In this document: one piece after another, positions 11,976 to 23,349 of the stretch
Position numbering within the stretch: position 1 is the stretch's first letter
How the letters are laid out: each line of letters opens with the position of its first letter
Assembly: GCF_006345805.1 (NCBI RefSeq)
Contig: NC_043011.1
Span: 33,244,464-33,308,463 of the forward strand
DNA: 64,000 nt
Source: Octopus sinensis
Taxonomy: Eukaryota
Reading direction: 5' to 3'
Notes under the pieces: generated by a model
The model's input: only the letters and a program-made list of their open reading frames with translations
Database searches by the model: none
Told to the model about the DNA's origin: nothing
Program-made: the position numbers and the translations under genes

Positions 11976-12224
11976 GGTACTATTTAAGAAGAGTGGTCCC
12001 GGTGCGCGCATCCGCGCTAGCTAGTCGTGTCTAGTCGATCTTACTACGACTACCTAGCAAAGTAAATAAAACACAAAATAAATAATTTTTTTACACAAAG
12101 TAAATAATTTGTGTTAAACAAAGTAAATAAAATACAAAAACACAAAGTAAGGATCGACTAGTCATGACTAGCTAGTGCGGATGCGCGAGTGCGCGCCCCG
12201 GGACCACTCTTCTTAAATAGTACC
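11976..12224. mobile_element. MITE with long TIRs and an 8-bp TSD (Merlin-like)
   Basis: 27-bp perfect TIR GGTACTATTTAAGAAGAGTGGTCCCGG extending imperfectly to about 70 bp; exact TSD TAAATGTG at 11968-11975 and 12225-12232; internal AAAGTAAATAA repeats. Confidence 0.9.
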
Positions 12225-12589
12225 TAAATGTGTTTGTCTATCTTTTTATCTATGGTTCTCTCTCTCTCTCGATTTTACTCGCTGTGTAGTAAAGCTGCTG
12301 GCGGTAATAAGATGGCGTAGGAGGATTATAAATATACATATATATATATATATATTTGGACTTTATAAAATGTCAAAAGATAGGATTGGATATAAAAGAC
12401 GAGGAAAAATAAATAAATGAACAAGCATGTATTAAGCTTTACACGGATGATGTAAAATTGCTTTTTATTCGCTGTCTGACATTTCGTGTTCAAATCAGCC
12501 AGGATAAATGTTATGAAATCTTATTTACTGCCTTAGTTTTTTTCATCTCATTCTGTCATATTATATATATTATATATATATATATATAT

Positions 12590-12856
12590 ATTGATAAAAC
12601 GGTAAGATAACAAAAGAAAGAAAGAGACCTCAATATTATGTAAATAGAGGAAATTTATCTATACAATAATATGTTACATTACTCGTAGTCAAGATAAAAC
12701 TCTGAGTTTCAGATGCCGAAGTGGAAATCCACAACACCATCTCTTCGCTTCGGAAATAGCCAGATAACCGAAGAGATGGTGTTTGGATTTCCACTTCGGC
12801 ATCTGAAACTCAGAGTTTTATCTTGACTACCGAGTAATGTAACATATTATTGTATA
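12590..12856. mobile_element. Fold-back element family F1, copy 2
   Basis: 88-bp near-perfect inverted arms at 12660-12747 and 12769-12856; (TA)n on both sides; homologous to 5612-5790. Confidence 0.8.
12763..12822 (+). ncRNA. Type-I hammerhead-ribozyme-like motif
   Basis: Stem I GATAA/TTATC; core CCGAAGA (consensus CUGAnGA); stem II GATG..CATC; GAAAC; stem III ACT/AGT; cleavage triplet GUU at 12815-12817. Confidence 0.6.
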
Positions 12857-13094
12857 TATATGTATATATATATATGTATATATATATTATATATATATGT
12901 ATATATATATATTATATATATATGTATATATATATATGTATATATATATATGTATATATATATGTGTATATATATATGTATATATATATATGTATATATA
13001 TATATGTATATATGTATATATATATATGTATATATATATATGTATATATATATATGTATATATATATATGTATATATAATATGTATATATATAA

Positions 13095-13162
<68 letters not shown>
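12857..13162. repeat. (TA)n/(TATG)n microsatellite
   Basis: Direct inspection. Confidence 0.95.
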
Positions 13163-13165
<3 letters not shown>

Positions 13166-13432
13166 CTTCTTCATGTATCTTAAGATGAATGTAGGCTGCC
13201 AATAGGCAGATGTTTGAACACCTCTATCATCTTTTATCTTTTACTTGTTTCTGTCATTAGACTGAGGCCATGCTGGAGCACTGCCTTCAAGAGTTTTTAG
13301 TCGAATGAATCGACCTCAGAATGTTTTTCGGTTGAATAAGCTCGGTACTTATTCTATCAGTCTTTTTGCCGAATCACTAAGCTATGGGCACGTTCACAAA
13401 CCAGCACTGGTTGTTAAGCGATTATATATATA

Positions 13433-13592
13433 TAAAGTTAATCCAAACATGAAAACACAGAGAAAACGCGAGGACGTGGAACAAATACAGTATTATTGGA
13501 TGCTCAGGAAAGAAGGCGGGTTTAACGTTTCGAGCGGAGCTCTTCGTCGGAAACATAGGAGAAGGAAAGATCCAGAGAAGGGAAGACAGAGG

Positions 13593-13600
<8 letters not shown>
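13433..13600 (-). mobile_element. Short HHR-bearing element family F5 (Penelope-like terminus)
   Basis: Homologous to 53385-53560, 41110-41272 and 19985-20055; embedded in (TA)n. Confidence 0.7.
13520..13554 (-). ncRNA. Minimal type-I hammerhead-like motif
   Basis: Minus strand GTTT-CCGACGA-A-GAGC-TCC-GCTC-GAAACGTT-AAAC: 4-bp stem I, 4-bp stem II, palindromic ACGT stem III. Confidence 0.6.
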
Positions 13601-13635
<35 letters not shown>

Positions 13636-14408
13636 GAGTGTATTTTTACCTTGTTAACAATTAACACGGAAAAATAAATAAATAGTTACCAGGGCAGCAA
13701 AAGAGAAGATTGCATTGTTTATACCATTTATTCTTTTGAATAGTATCAGTGGAATTTTCGAAACATGTGTCGAAAGTAAAAATACTTGTTTAAACCTGCG
13801 TTAACTCCATTTTTTATTCATATATATATATATATCACACACACGTGTGTGTGATGGGCCTTTCTGTCTACCGAATCCGCACACAAGACTTTGGTCGACT
13901 CAAGGTTATGGTAGAAAACACTTGCCCAAGGTGTCACGCAATGAGACTGAACCCGACACCATGTGGACGGGAAGCAAACTTCTTAGTGCTTTGCAACATT
14001 TGTTCTAGCTCTCTACACCCTCTGTTCAATTGTTGCCGAGATCAGCCTTTCCTGTCATCTTTTCGGGAGCGCTAAATAAAATACCTGTCGCTCTCGGAGT
14101 CGTTTCTTCTCTCTCTCTCTCTCCTTTCCACCCTCTCTCTCTCCTTCTTTCTCTCACTCTCGCTCTCAGAGAAAGATAAGATGGCGTCGTGTAAAGAAAA
14201 TAAAGAAAAATTTTAAAAGGAAGAAACTGGAGCAAGGTTACAAGAAGCCACCTTTTCTATTCTCCCGCGGAAATTCCAAGATAAACACCTATTACTTGTC
14301 AAAGATGTCACTAGAGGTCGTTCGTCAACTTGATGTGTCGCAAGGAAAGAAGGAAGGAAGGAGGGAAGGAGATGATTATATATGTAAAAAAAACATTATT
14401 ATTAATTA

Positions 14409-14782
14409 GCGCAGGCGTGGCTGTGTGGTTTGAACTTTGCTTCCCAACCGCATGGTTCCGGGTTCAGTCCACTGTGTGACATCCTGGGCAAATGTCTTCT
14501 ACTATAGCCTCGGGCCGACCAAAACCTCGAGAGTGGATTTGGTGGACGAAAATTGAAAGAAACCCGTCGTGTGTTTATATATACGTGTGTGTGTTTGTGT
14601 CTGTTTGACCCCCATCAACGACTGGCGTGTTTATGTCCCCGTAACTTAGCGGTTCGGCAAAAGAGTCTGATAAAATAAATATCAGGATTTAAAAAAAAAG
14701 GTACTGGGATCGACTCGTTCGACTTAAATTCTTCAATGCGGTGTCCCAGCATGGCCGCTTACAAATGACTGGAACAATTAAG
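14409..14782 (+). mobile_element. SINE family A
   Basis: Head-to-tail homology to 6921-7313. Confidence 0.85.
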
Positions 14783-14952
14783 AGTTTCTTTTTATGCGCT
14801 GGCATGGCCGTATACATCGTTAAGCGGCCATTTGACAGAATTGTTAGAGTGTCGGATAAATTTCTTTGCGATAATCGTTCCGATTCTCTACGATTTGAGT
14901 TCAAATCTCACCGAGGTCAACTTTTCCTTTTATCCTTTCGCGGTTGATGAGT

Positions 14953-15200
14953 GGAGTGCGTGGCTTAGTGGTTAGAGGTGTTGAACTCATGATCGTAAGA
15001 TTGTGGTTTCGATTCCTGGACCGGGCGCGCGTTGTGTTCTTGAGCAAAACACTTCATTTCACGTCGCTTCAGCCCACTCAGCTGGCAAAATTCAGTAATC
15101 CTGCGATAGACCGGCATCCCGTCCAGGTGGGAACTATATACGTCTTGGAAACTGGGAAACCGGCCCTTATGACTCTATATGATTCGGGAAGGAACTTTAC
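14953..15200 (+). mobile_element. SINE family D (tRNA head plus CORE-like domain)
   Basis: TGGCTTAGTGGTTAGAG (A box), GGTTTCGATTCC (B box), GTTGTGTTCTTGAGCAAAACACTTCA. Confidence 0.8.
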
Positions 15201-15666
15201 AACCTTTTTCAAGGTTAATGAAATACTAGTCTTATACTAAAGTTCATTATCTCTCTCTCTCTCTGGAAGAAATCGACCGTGGTAAAGTCTGGAGAAGGAT
15301 GGGTGTTGTCAGATCCAAAATGTGAAAGATTCGCCATATGTCAAGACATCGAGGAACTGAAAAGCCAAGATAAATGCAATATACATTATCAGCTTTAGTA
15401 CATGATCAGTACTTATTTTATTGCTCACTGGGGAATAATGGAAATAGCCGACACCCTATTGGAATTTAAATTCATCGTAAATTGTGAACCTCTTTACATT
15501 CGTCGTCTCTCTAACAAAGCAGTGCACTTTTATCATTTTAATGATCACTTTTCGATGTTTGCTTGAGTCGGACGAACTTAGTTGAGGCCGGTTTTCTTGT
15601 GACGGATGCATTTCCCGTCACCTATCTTTAACTGTCTCCAAGTAAGGTAATATTTCTTTATGGTAA

Positions 15667-16471
15667 GGCGGCGAGCTGGCAGAAACGTTACCACTCCGAG
15701 GTCGACTTTGCCTTTCAACCTTTCGGGGTCGATAAATTAAGTACCTATTTCTTTACTACCCACAAGGGGCTAAACACACAGAGGACAAACAAGGACAGAC
15801 AAACGGATTAAGTCGATTATATCGACCCCAGTGCGTAACTGGTACTTAATTTATCGACCCCGAAAGGATGAAAGGCAAAGTCGACCTCGGTGGAATTTGA
15901 ACTCAGAACGTAGCGGCAGACGAAATACGGCTACGCATTTCGCCCGGCGTGCTAACGTTTCTGCCAGCTCGATAAATTAAGTACCAGTTACGCACTGGGA
16001 TCGATATAATCGACTTAATCACTTTATCTGCCCTTGTTTGTCACCTCTATGTTTAGCTCCTTATGGGCAATAAAGAAATAAGAAACATTAGCCCGCCGGG
16101 CGAAATGCTTAGCGATATTTCGTCTGTCTTCACGTTCAAAGTTCAAATTCCGCCGAGTTCGACTTTGTCTTTCATCCTTTTGGGGTCGATAAATTAAGTA
16201 CCAGTTACGCACAGGGGTCGATATAATCGACTTAATATCTATGTCTGTCCTTGTTTGTTCCCTCTGTGTATAGCCCCTTGTGGGTAATAAAGAAATAGGT
16301 ATTTCGTCTGTCTTCACGTTCAAAGTTCAAATTCCGCCGAGTTCGACTTTGTCTTTCATCCTTTTGGGGTCGATAAATTAAGTACCAGTTGCATACTGGG
16401 GTCAATCTAATCGATTGCCACCCCACCTCTCCGCAAAATTTCGGGCCTTGTGCCTAGAGTAGAAAAGAATA
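15667..16471. mobile_element. Cluster of SINE family B units in tandem and inverted orientation
   Basis: A plus-strand partial unit, a minus-strand copy (about 15744-15971), then three plus-strand cores ending in GGCCTTGTGCCTAGAGTAGAAAAGAAT. Confidence 0.85.
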
Positions 16472-17394
16472 TTTCTTTATATGGCAAGACATGTTTTCTA
16501 AGAATATTGGAAATTAAGGACACTGCTTGTATGACTGTAACAATCAGTTACAACTGTTGCACAATGTCAACACATACACATATACATAACACATACATGT
16601 ATGTATATTTGTATGTATATGACATACTTTGGTTCCGTATGCTAAATCCGCCCCCAAAGACTTGGATCGACCCGGAGCTACAGCAAAAGATACTTCCTCG
16701 AGGCACCATGCAGAAGGATTGAACGCGAAACCACGTGTTGAAAAAGCAAACTTCTTAATCACACAAAACCAAGCAACATTTTTATTAATGCGAGTACTTT
16801 GCAGTATTTGCTCTAATCCGTTAGATTTTGAATTCAAATCCCGACGAAGCATTTTCCCCTTTCATCCTTTTGGCGTTGTTAAAACAAATATTAGTCAGGT
16901 GCTGGATTGGTCTCCACTAAACCTTTTTTTCTTTATAATAATCTGACAATTATTCCAGTTTCATTCATTCATGTTAAATGCGCTTTAGAATGGAGCATTA
17001 TAGAATTGTTGAAACAGAACTGCCGTCACTTGTGGCTCAGGCCTACGTGAGTTGATTACTTATATGTAGATGTTTAACATTTTAAGCATTCGTTAATTAT
17101 ACAATCTTCTTGCATTTGACGTTAGTGGCAGACCTATCTCCCTCTCTCACTACTTACCTATTTACTGCATGAACCAACGAAAGAAACATTCCATGATTCC
17201 TCGAAATAGCAGCAATGTTCCCTAAAAATTACACCCTACCCTTCATCATAAAAGAAAAGAAGATAATGGAGATACTAATAGAATAATGTAGTCTTAGATA
17301 TGCAATGTATGAGAGAGAGATTTATGACCAGAACGCGTTTTGATTGTAGATGTGATCAAAGAGGGCAAACCTGAGACTAAATCACATCATCATA

Positions 17395-18247
17395 CAAGGT
17401 GCGGTGAATAAACTCTTGTCTAAATTACGCCAAAATGAAAATAGCACTGACAACTCATTTTAACATATATATTTACCAAAATTACATAATAATATTTTGA
17501 AATACTAAAGAGTAAATTTATTTAATAAAATTGCTATTGGCTTCAACCACGGCCTCCTGACGACTTCGGAATCTCCTGCAACTTTTCTGAACAGTCTCTT
17601 TTTTTAAGTTAGTGAATGCTGCCATCATCCTTGCCTTCAGTTCATCTTTGGTGTTACAAGGAGTTTTGTTAATCTCTCACTCAACTGCGCCCCACACAAA
17701 ATAATCAAGTTGGGTTGCAGTCTGAGGCGTGAGGCGGCCAGATGTTTGGGGTGATGCTGCAGAAATTGTCTAACAGCCATGACTGGATTCACTTGCTTAT
17801 GTGGCATGGTGCAGAGTCCTGTTGCCAGATATAGGGTCTTCCAGCGGGCAGCACTACCTCCTCCAGAGACTTGATGTAGGCCACCGTGTTGAGTCTGAGG
17901 AAAATGAATGGAGACATAACGTCGCTATCACTAGTGATCACTCCGAACACCATGACGTTGACTGGATGTTTGGTTTTTGTCATTATCGGTACATGTCCTT
18001 AGATTGCACTGACTTCAGATTGACACCCAAACACTCTAAAATGTTGAAGCTTCCGGCGCGAATGCCAAGCAGTACAACATGTCGTTTCCAAATTTCTGGC
18101 AGAGTGAATTGCGTCATGGTGGTGTTTTCTCACAGACGGTGCTCAACTGACTCTACCATACTGTGTAGTCGACAAAATCAAAAACAAACGATGTACATGC
18201 GCGAAATTAGAAATATAAAATGGCGGAAATTTACCCATCGCACCCTG
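17395..18247 (-). mobile_element. Internally deleted Tc1/mariner element, maT (DD37D)-like
   Basis: TA-flanked imperfect TIRs CA(A/G)GGTGCG(G/A)TG..TAAA; transposase remnant KHPVNVMVFGVITSD...YIWQQDSAPCH and IWPP..SDCNP. Confidence 0.85.
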
Positions 18248-19487
18248 TATATACTGCTAGATGGATTGATACAACCGATAACGAAATGCAAACCTTCGAC
18301 CTCTCAAGCCTATTGTTTTCTTTGACTCGGTAGATATCAGTTTCAGCGTCTTGACGCTCAGCTTCCTAAACATAAATATATACATATTCTCTTTTTCATT
18401 TTTATTCACTCTCTTTCCCATTTTATTTTATTTTGTATGCAAGTCAAAATATTACACTGATGACGAATTTAAATAAGCAGGAGAATCTAGAAGAATAAAT
18501 AAATACGTAGAATTAACGATAAAAATAAATTTGTTGCTAGTTTATTATATTATATTAACCTTTAATTGCTCTGATTTTCCTTTTATCAGCTATTCGCAAC
18601 AAAAGTGTTTTATTCACACCCCCATCCCCACCACACACACATACACACCTTATATCAGAAACTTCGAATTCTCGTCCGAGAATGTGGCTGGCTACTAGAA
18701 TGTGCCTTTAAAAAAAAAACCCAAAAGGCTGAAATGCATCTGGTTCTCTCTCTCTGGCCGCTGCTGGAACAATTTTCGTCACTTATAGTTTATCTTTAAC
18801 ACGGCAAATCCATAACAGATGTTATCTCTGGACAAATACTGTAGTAGCTGATCTATCGACGTTGAGTTCATATTATAATACACGGATAGCTTCTCCCAAT
18901 TACTTTTCCACATGCTGATGTAAAGATGTCGTTACATCATTTATAATTCCTTAAATAATTAACGAAGTGTGGTTGTGCTCTGTAGACCATAAGTTAATTT
19001 CATGGGTGCGAGTTAGTAGTCCTCCCTGAGTGATATTTTTATGGGGGTGTGGTATAAGCCTGCATAGTAAACTCAAGGGCTGTCCCGGACGGCACACGCT
19101 GTAGTTACGCCACTGCTGCAGCAAAGGATCCCGGGAAATTAATGGGCTATTGAAATTTTATTTTGTCTGGTTTCAATGGGTGTAGGGCCTACTTTGGAAC
19201 AACACCCGTACCCACGAGCACCTAAGGACGGCGAGCTTTCGTTGCGATTTCTCAATATTCAGCTTCTTCATATGACTCCAAAACAATTTGATTCTTTGTC
19301 TTTGTACAAATTCCCAGGGTTGTAGAAAATTATTCCAAGTATTGACAACATAATGGTCAGAACTATTAGGCATCGATTTTATAATAAGACAGCGAGTTAC
19401 CTGGACAAATAATAGATCCATCAGCAATTCTACGGTAAAAAGGAAAAGATTTAGTCGTATGCAAAATTGACTATTAAAAAGGAGAGT

Positions 19488-19859
19488 GGAGGCGCAATGG
19501 CCCAGTGGTTAGGGCAGCGGACTCGTGGTCATAGGATCGCGGTTTCGATTCCCAGACCGGGCGTTGTGAGTGTTTATTGAGCGAAAACACCTCAAGCTCC
19601 ACGCGGCTCCGGCAGGGGGTGGTGGCGATCCCTGCTGTACTATTTCACCACAACTTTCTCTCACTCTTACTTCCTGTTTCTGTTGTACCTGTATTTCAAA
19701 GGGCCGGCCTTGTCACTCTCTGTGTCACGCTGAATATCCCCGAGAACTACGTTAAGGGTACACGTGTCTGTGGAGTGCTCAGTTAATTTCACGAGCAGGC
19801 TGTTCCGTTGATTCGGATCAACCGGAACCCTCGTCGTCGTAACCGACGGAGTGCTTCCA
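19488..19859 (+). mobile_element. SINE family C, full length
   Basis: tRNA-like head TGGCCCAGTGGTTAGGG...GGTTTCGATTCCC; tail shared with 353-535. Confidence 0.8.
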
Positions 19860-19902
19860 TATTAAAAAGGAGTGAGAAAAAGCGAGAAGTATAAGTGAAA
19901 GC

Positions 19903-19933
<31 letters not shown>

Positions 19934-20017
19934 CTAGTTCAACTATACAAAAGACAGACAGGTTAAAAACAAACAACCAGCAGGTGTTTTAGTTTGACGC
20001 TTGGGAAAAATGGAAAA

Positions 20018-20046
20018 GTCTTTGACGTTTCGAACCTAAGTTCTTC

Positions 20047-20055
<9 letters not shown>
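20018..20055 (-). ncRNA. Minimal hammerhead-like motif (F5 variant)
   Basis: Minus strand CTGCCGA-A-GAAC-TTAG-GTTC-GAAACGTC-AAAG; stem II covaries (GAAC/GTTC versus GAGC/GCTC in the other copies); GUC triplet. Confidence 0.5.
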
Positions 20056-20082
<27 letters not shown>

Positions 20083-20133
20083 AAAAATGGAGAGAGTGTA
20101 GTGAGTGTGCGATTTGAATATAGAAGCACCTAC

Positions 20134-20430
20134 CTTCTCTTCGTGGAGACGGAGATCCTCCAGAGATGACTGGTCCTTCCTCACCCTACCCGAACACTAA
20201 CGATAGCAGCTGCTAGCCCCAAACCCTTAGCGTCGTCCACGCACGTCTTGTCGCCAGCACGCCCCACGTTGGAAAGGTCAATTTTCGCCCCCTGCGCACG
20301 CTTGACAGCTGACCCCTTCCGCTTGCCCCGTCGTGTGTGTGTTTAGACTCACGGACAACTAGTGAACCCGTGCCGCGCAGTTGTAGAATGGTATATTCAA
20401 CAGCTCAGCCAAGAAGAGCATGCCGTGGCT
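20134..20430 (-). promoter_or_regulatory. Candidate GC-rich promoter and non-coding first exon, transcribed leftwards
   Basis: Locally GC/CpG-rich unique sequence; CGCCCCCTG (CTCF-like) at 20286-20294; TGACAGCTG at 20303-20311; minus-strand donor GAGAAG|GTAGGT at 20133-20128. Confidence 0.35.
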
Positions 20431-21448
20431 TTCATACAGCAGTTTATTGAAAACGGCTGAATGAATTGGAATTCTACGCACTAATAACGTTAAACGTTTA
20501 AATATTTGGCATTTTACTAACCTTTATTCTCTTCACCGAAAATAGGCACCGAATTTTCAAACCAACGAAGAAGTCTGTGAACGCTTGACCTGCTAAAAAA
20601 TAATATTTTCTACGAGAAATGATAATCAAATCTTCTTCAAATCACACCTTTAGAATGAAAACATGCAGGGCTAATTATCGTAGTTTCCTTACAAATCAGC
20701 TGCAAGCTCTTACGAAAATGAAACTTGTGGCCTTAAGCTAATCGTCATTCGTAAAATTCCTTTTTCTTATGTCACATTTTTATCTGACAAGTACTGATCA
20801 GTAAAGTTGATCTTGTTGATGTACTTTTCCCTAAACCCCATTTCGGTTACACACACACACTCTCTCTCTCTCTCAGTTTCTTTGCAAGTATTTCTCCGAA
20901 CAAAATAGAAAAAAACCTGATACCTTAAAATAAATATTTATTATGAGTTAAAAGTTCAGCTTACATCATTTCATTATTTAGAGCTTCGTGTCTCTGTCCA
21001 TAGACAGTCCACCGACAAGCTGGCTTTTTTTTACGAGCGCTTTCTCAGTTTTATTAGCCTTTGTTGTTTTGGCGTACGGGATGCGAAATTTTCTTTTCCC
21101 CACAAGGGTTCCAGACCCCAGTAATGAACTCATTTGCATACAGCCAATCAAAGCTCACTTAGATTTTGTTGTCAAGGTAACAAACACACTCTACCAAGTA
21201 AACTCAAGAAGAAGAACGGTGTTGTAAATCGACCGATCGCCAAGTTAAGCCTGGTTTTAGGAGATAAGCATTTAGATAATGTAAAGTATAGAAGCCATCT
21301 TATCATGGCTAACCACATTGGGGAGGGGGGTGTTACTGTAGCTTTATAGCCCCAAGAGATCTTCGTCTCTAGCTGGCTCTAAACACAATATCTGTGTCTT
21401 TGGAGTATTTGCAAAGGGAGGCCATCCCTTCCTCGCAAGCCTGAGTGA

Positions 21449-21496
21449 TACGCTCGAACTAGTTTCGGGATGGTTGTCCCTCGTCAACGGGCGGTA
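21449..21496 (-). ncRNA. Type-I hammerhead ribozyme motif (F6)
   Basis: Minus strand TACCGCCCG-TTGACGA-GGGA-CAACCA-TCCC-GAAA-CTAG-TT-CGAGCGTA: stem I (one mismatch, one bulge), C3U core variant, 4-bp stem II, palindromic CUAG loop. Confidence 0.7.
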
Positions 21497-21873
21497 ACCA
21501 CCAGGTAGCGATGAAAGTGAAGGCTCCTTTGCAAATAGATATAAGTTTTTCTAATGGCGTCTGCCACTGATGTCGAAAAACGAACAGTATTTGCATCTAT
21601 ACCTATTATCGGATTTTGTTAGGGCCTCATATGGTAAAAATGTGGGTAGAGGGTGATGTGCTGGCACCCCTTTCCCCTTACTGTTTTACAAAGTAAACAA
21701 CAACATAAATAACTACGCAGAGGCAGCCATGGTTGAAACAAGATCAAGAACAAAAAGCATTATTAAAAGTAAAAATAAGCATGGTCATTCCTTACCCAAG
21801 TGACCTTATCTTATCGCACATCACTTATTTGTATACAGCCAATCAAAGCTCAACTATTAAACTAATTTATTAT

Positions 21874-22267
21874 GAGTGGCTGTGTGGTAAGTAGCTTGCT
21901 TGCCAACCACATGGTTCTGGGTTCATTCCCACTGCGTGGCACCCTCGGCAAGTGTCTTCTACTATAGCCTTGGGCCAACCAAAGCCTTGTGAGTGGATTT
22001 GGTAGACAGAAACTGAAAGAAGCTTGTCGTATATATGTATATATATGTATGTGTGTGTATATGTTTGTGTGCCTGTGTTTGTCCCCCCTAACATCACTTG
22101 ACAACCGATGATGGTGTTTACGTCCCAGTAACTTAGCGGTTTGGCAAAAGAGACCGATAGAATAAGTACTAGGCTTACAAAGAATAAGTCCTGGGGTCGA
22201 TTTACTCGACTAAAGGCGGTGCTCCTACATGGCCACAGTCAAATGACTGAAACAAGTAAAAGAGAGT
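21874..22267 (+). mobile_element. SINE family A, full length
   Basis: Homology to 6921-7313. Confidence 0.9.
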
Positions 22268-23349
22268 GCATGAGTACATAACTGGGGTCCGGAACTCTCG
22301 CGGGGAAAAGATTTCGCGTACGAGATAGTGGTCGACAGACCTCCAGCTATGTAATTGTTTACGTTTGATCTGGCTCAATAGTTCCGTTGCAGATATTACA
22401 GTAATACTTGTTCTCGTGGTGACGTTTAGAAATTAACTCTTTCTATTTAAGGTGTATATTGTTTGGACGAGGATGAAATACTTTTCATCCTTACAAAACC
22501 CGCAATAATTTACGCAAGGCTATATATGCATACATGAATGGATTGTGTCCACAAAGGAAGAAAAAGTATTCAATGCGTAGTGTGTATATCTTACTTGAAA
22601 AGTTTCTAGAACCGTAACTGAATTTCACGGTTCCGATTGTTCTAACGAATCGTATGAACAATCAGAGCGTGAAACGATTTTAAAGATTTTAGTTTCTATT
22701 TACATATATGTTGTTGTTTAAAGCCCCAGATTAATCGTGTGTACACACCCACAATGTTTAGTAGAAAGTTTGCCTTGATTGAACGAACCCTGTTATAGTC
22801 TGCATACTACATCTTTTGTTTATTTCAGCAATAGATTGTCCGGGATTAAACTATCCAAACTATGCTTTTTTATGACTACTAGCCTTGAAGCCGCTCTTCG
22901 GACGGCATTCAGGTTAGCTCCCGTGGAGGGCATCTTTGAGGCCTTGAGGATCCATTTTCCATGTTTGTTTTCTTTTCTTTTCCGTTTTATTCTGATGATG
23001 AACATTTGCGACACTTTCACGGAGTTATATGTGCCTCCAAACTCACTGTAGTAATTAATTCACTTCATATTTTTAGACTTGAACCTCCGTTCGTACTAAG
23101 CAAGTGAAGTGTATGACAATCATAGCTATCATAATCTTTCCATCACTTTACCATTTCCGAAACAATATGAAAATGAGATTGAGATAAAATGAGTAGGGTC
23201 CATTTCATCTCAGTCTCATTCTATCTTTTGTTACAAATCTTTAGAGGGATACTGTAACCGAAACAAGATTAGTTTTCCACTTAGATATGTTTCATAAGCA
23301 ACAAAATATAAATATCCACACTACCACACTTGGAACTTACCTGTTATAA

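Larger units (their letters stand above)
13225..13985 (-). mobile_element. SINE family A split at its internal microsatellite
   Basis: 3' half at about 13225-13420 and 5' half at about 13850-13985, with TA runs and the F5 element between them. Confidence 0.65.

Noticed and set aside
12308-12322. YY1-like AAGATGGCG here and at about 14178
   Set aside because: The first overlaps a SINE A head-like GGCGTAGGAG, the second ATG frame stops after 11 codons, and single short motifs are not sufficient evidence.
19488-19560. tRNA-like sequences here and at 14953, 26640, 50475 and 51033
   Set aside because: They have A and B boxes but no complete cloverleaf, and they continue into shared SINE bodies.
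20980-21137. 53-aa minus-strand ORF MQMSSLLGSGTLVGKRKFRIPYAK...
   Set aside because: Short, no recognisable domain, and its start overlaps the direct-repeat/CCAAT motif; likely chance.
22820-23020. 66-aa minus-strand ORF with protein-like composition
   Set aside because: No recognisable motif, splice signals or element termini.
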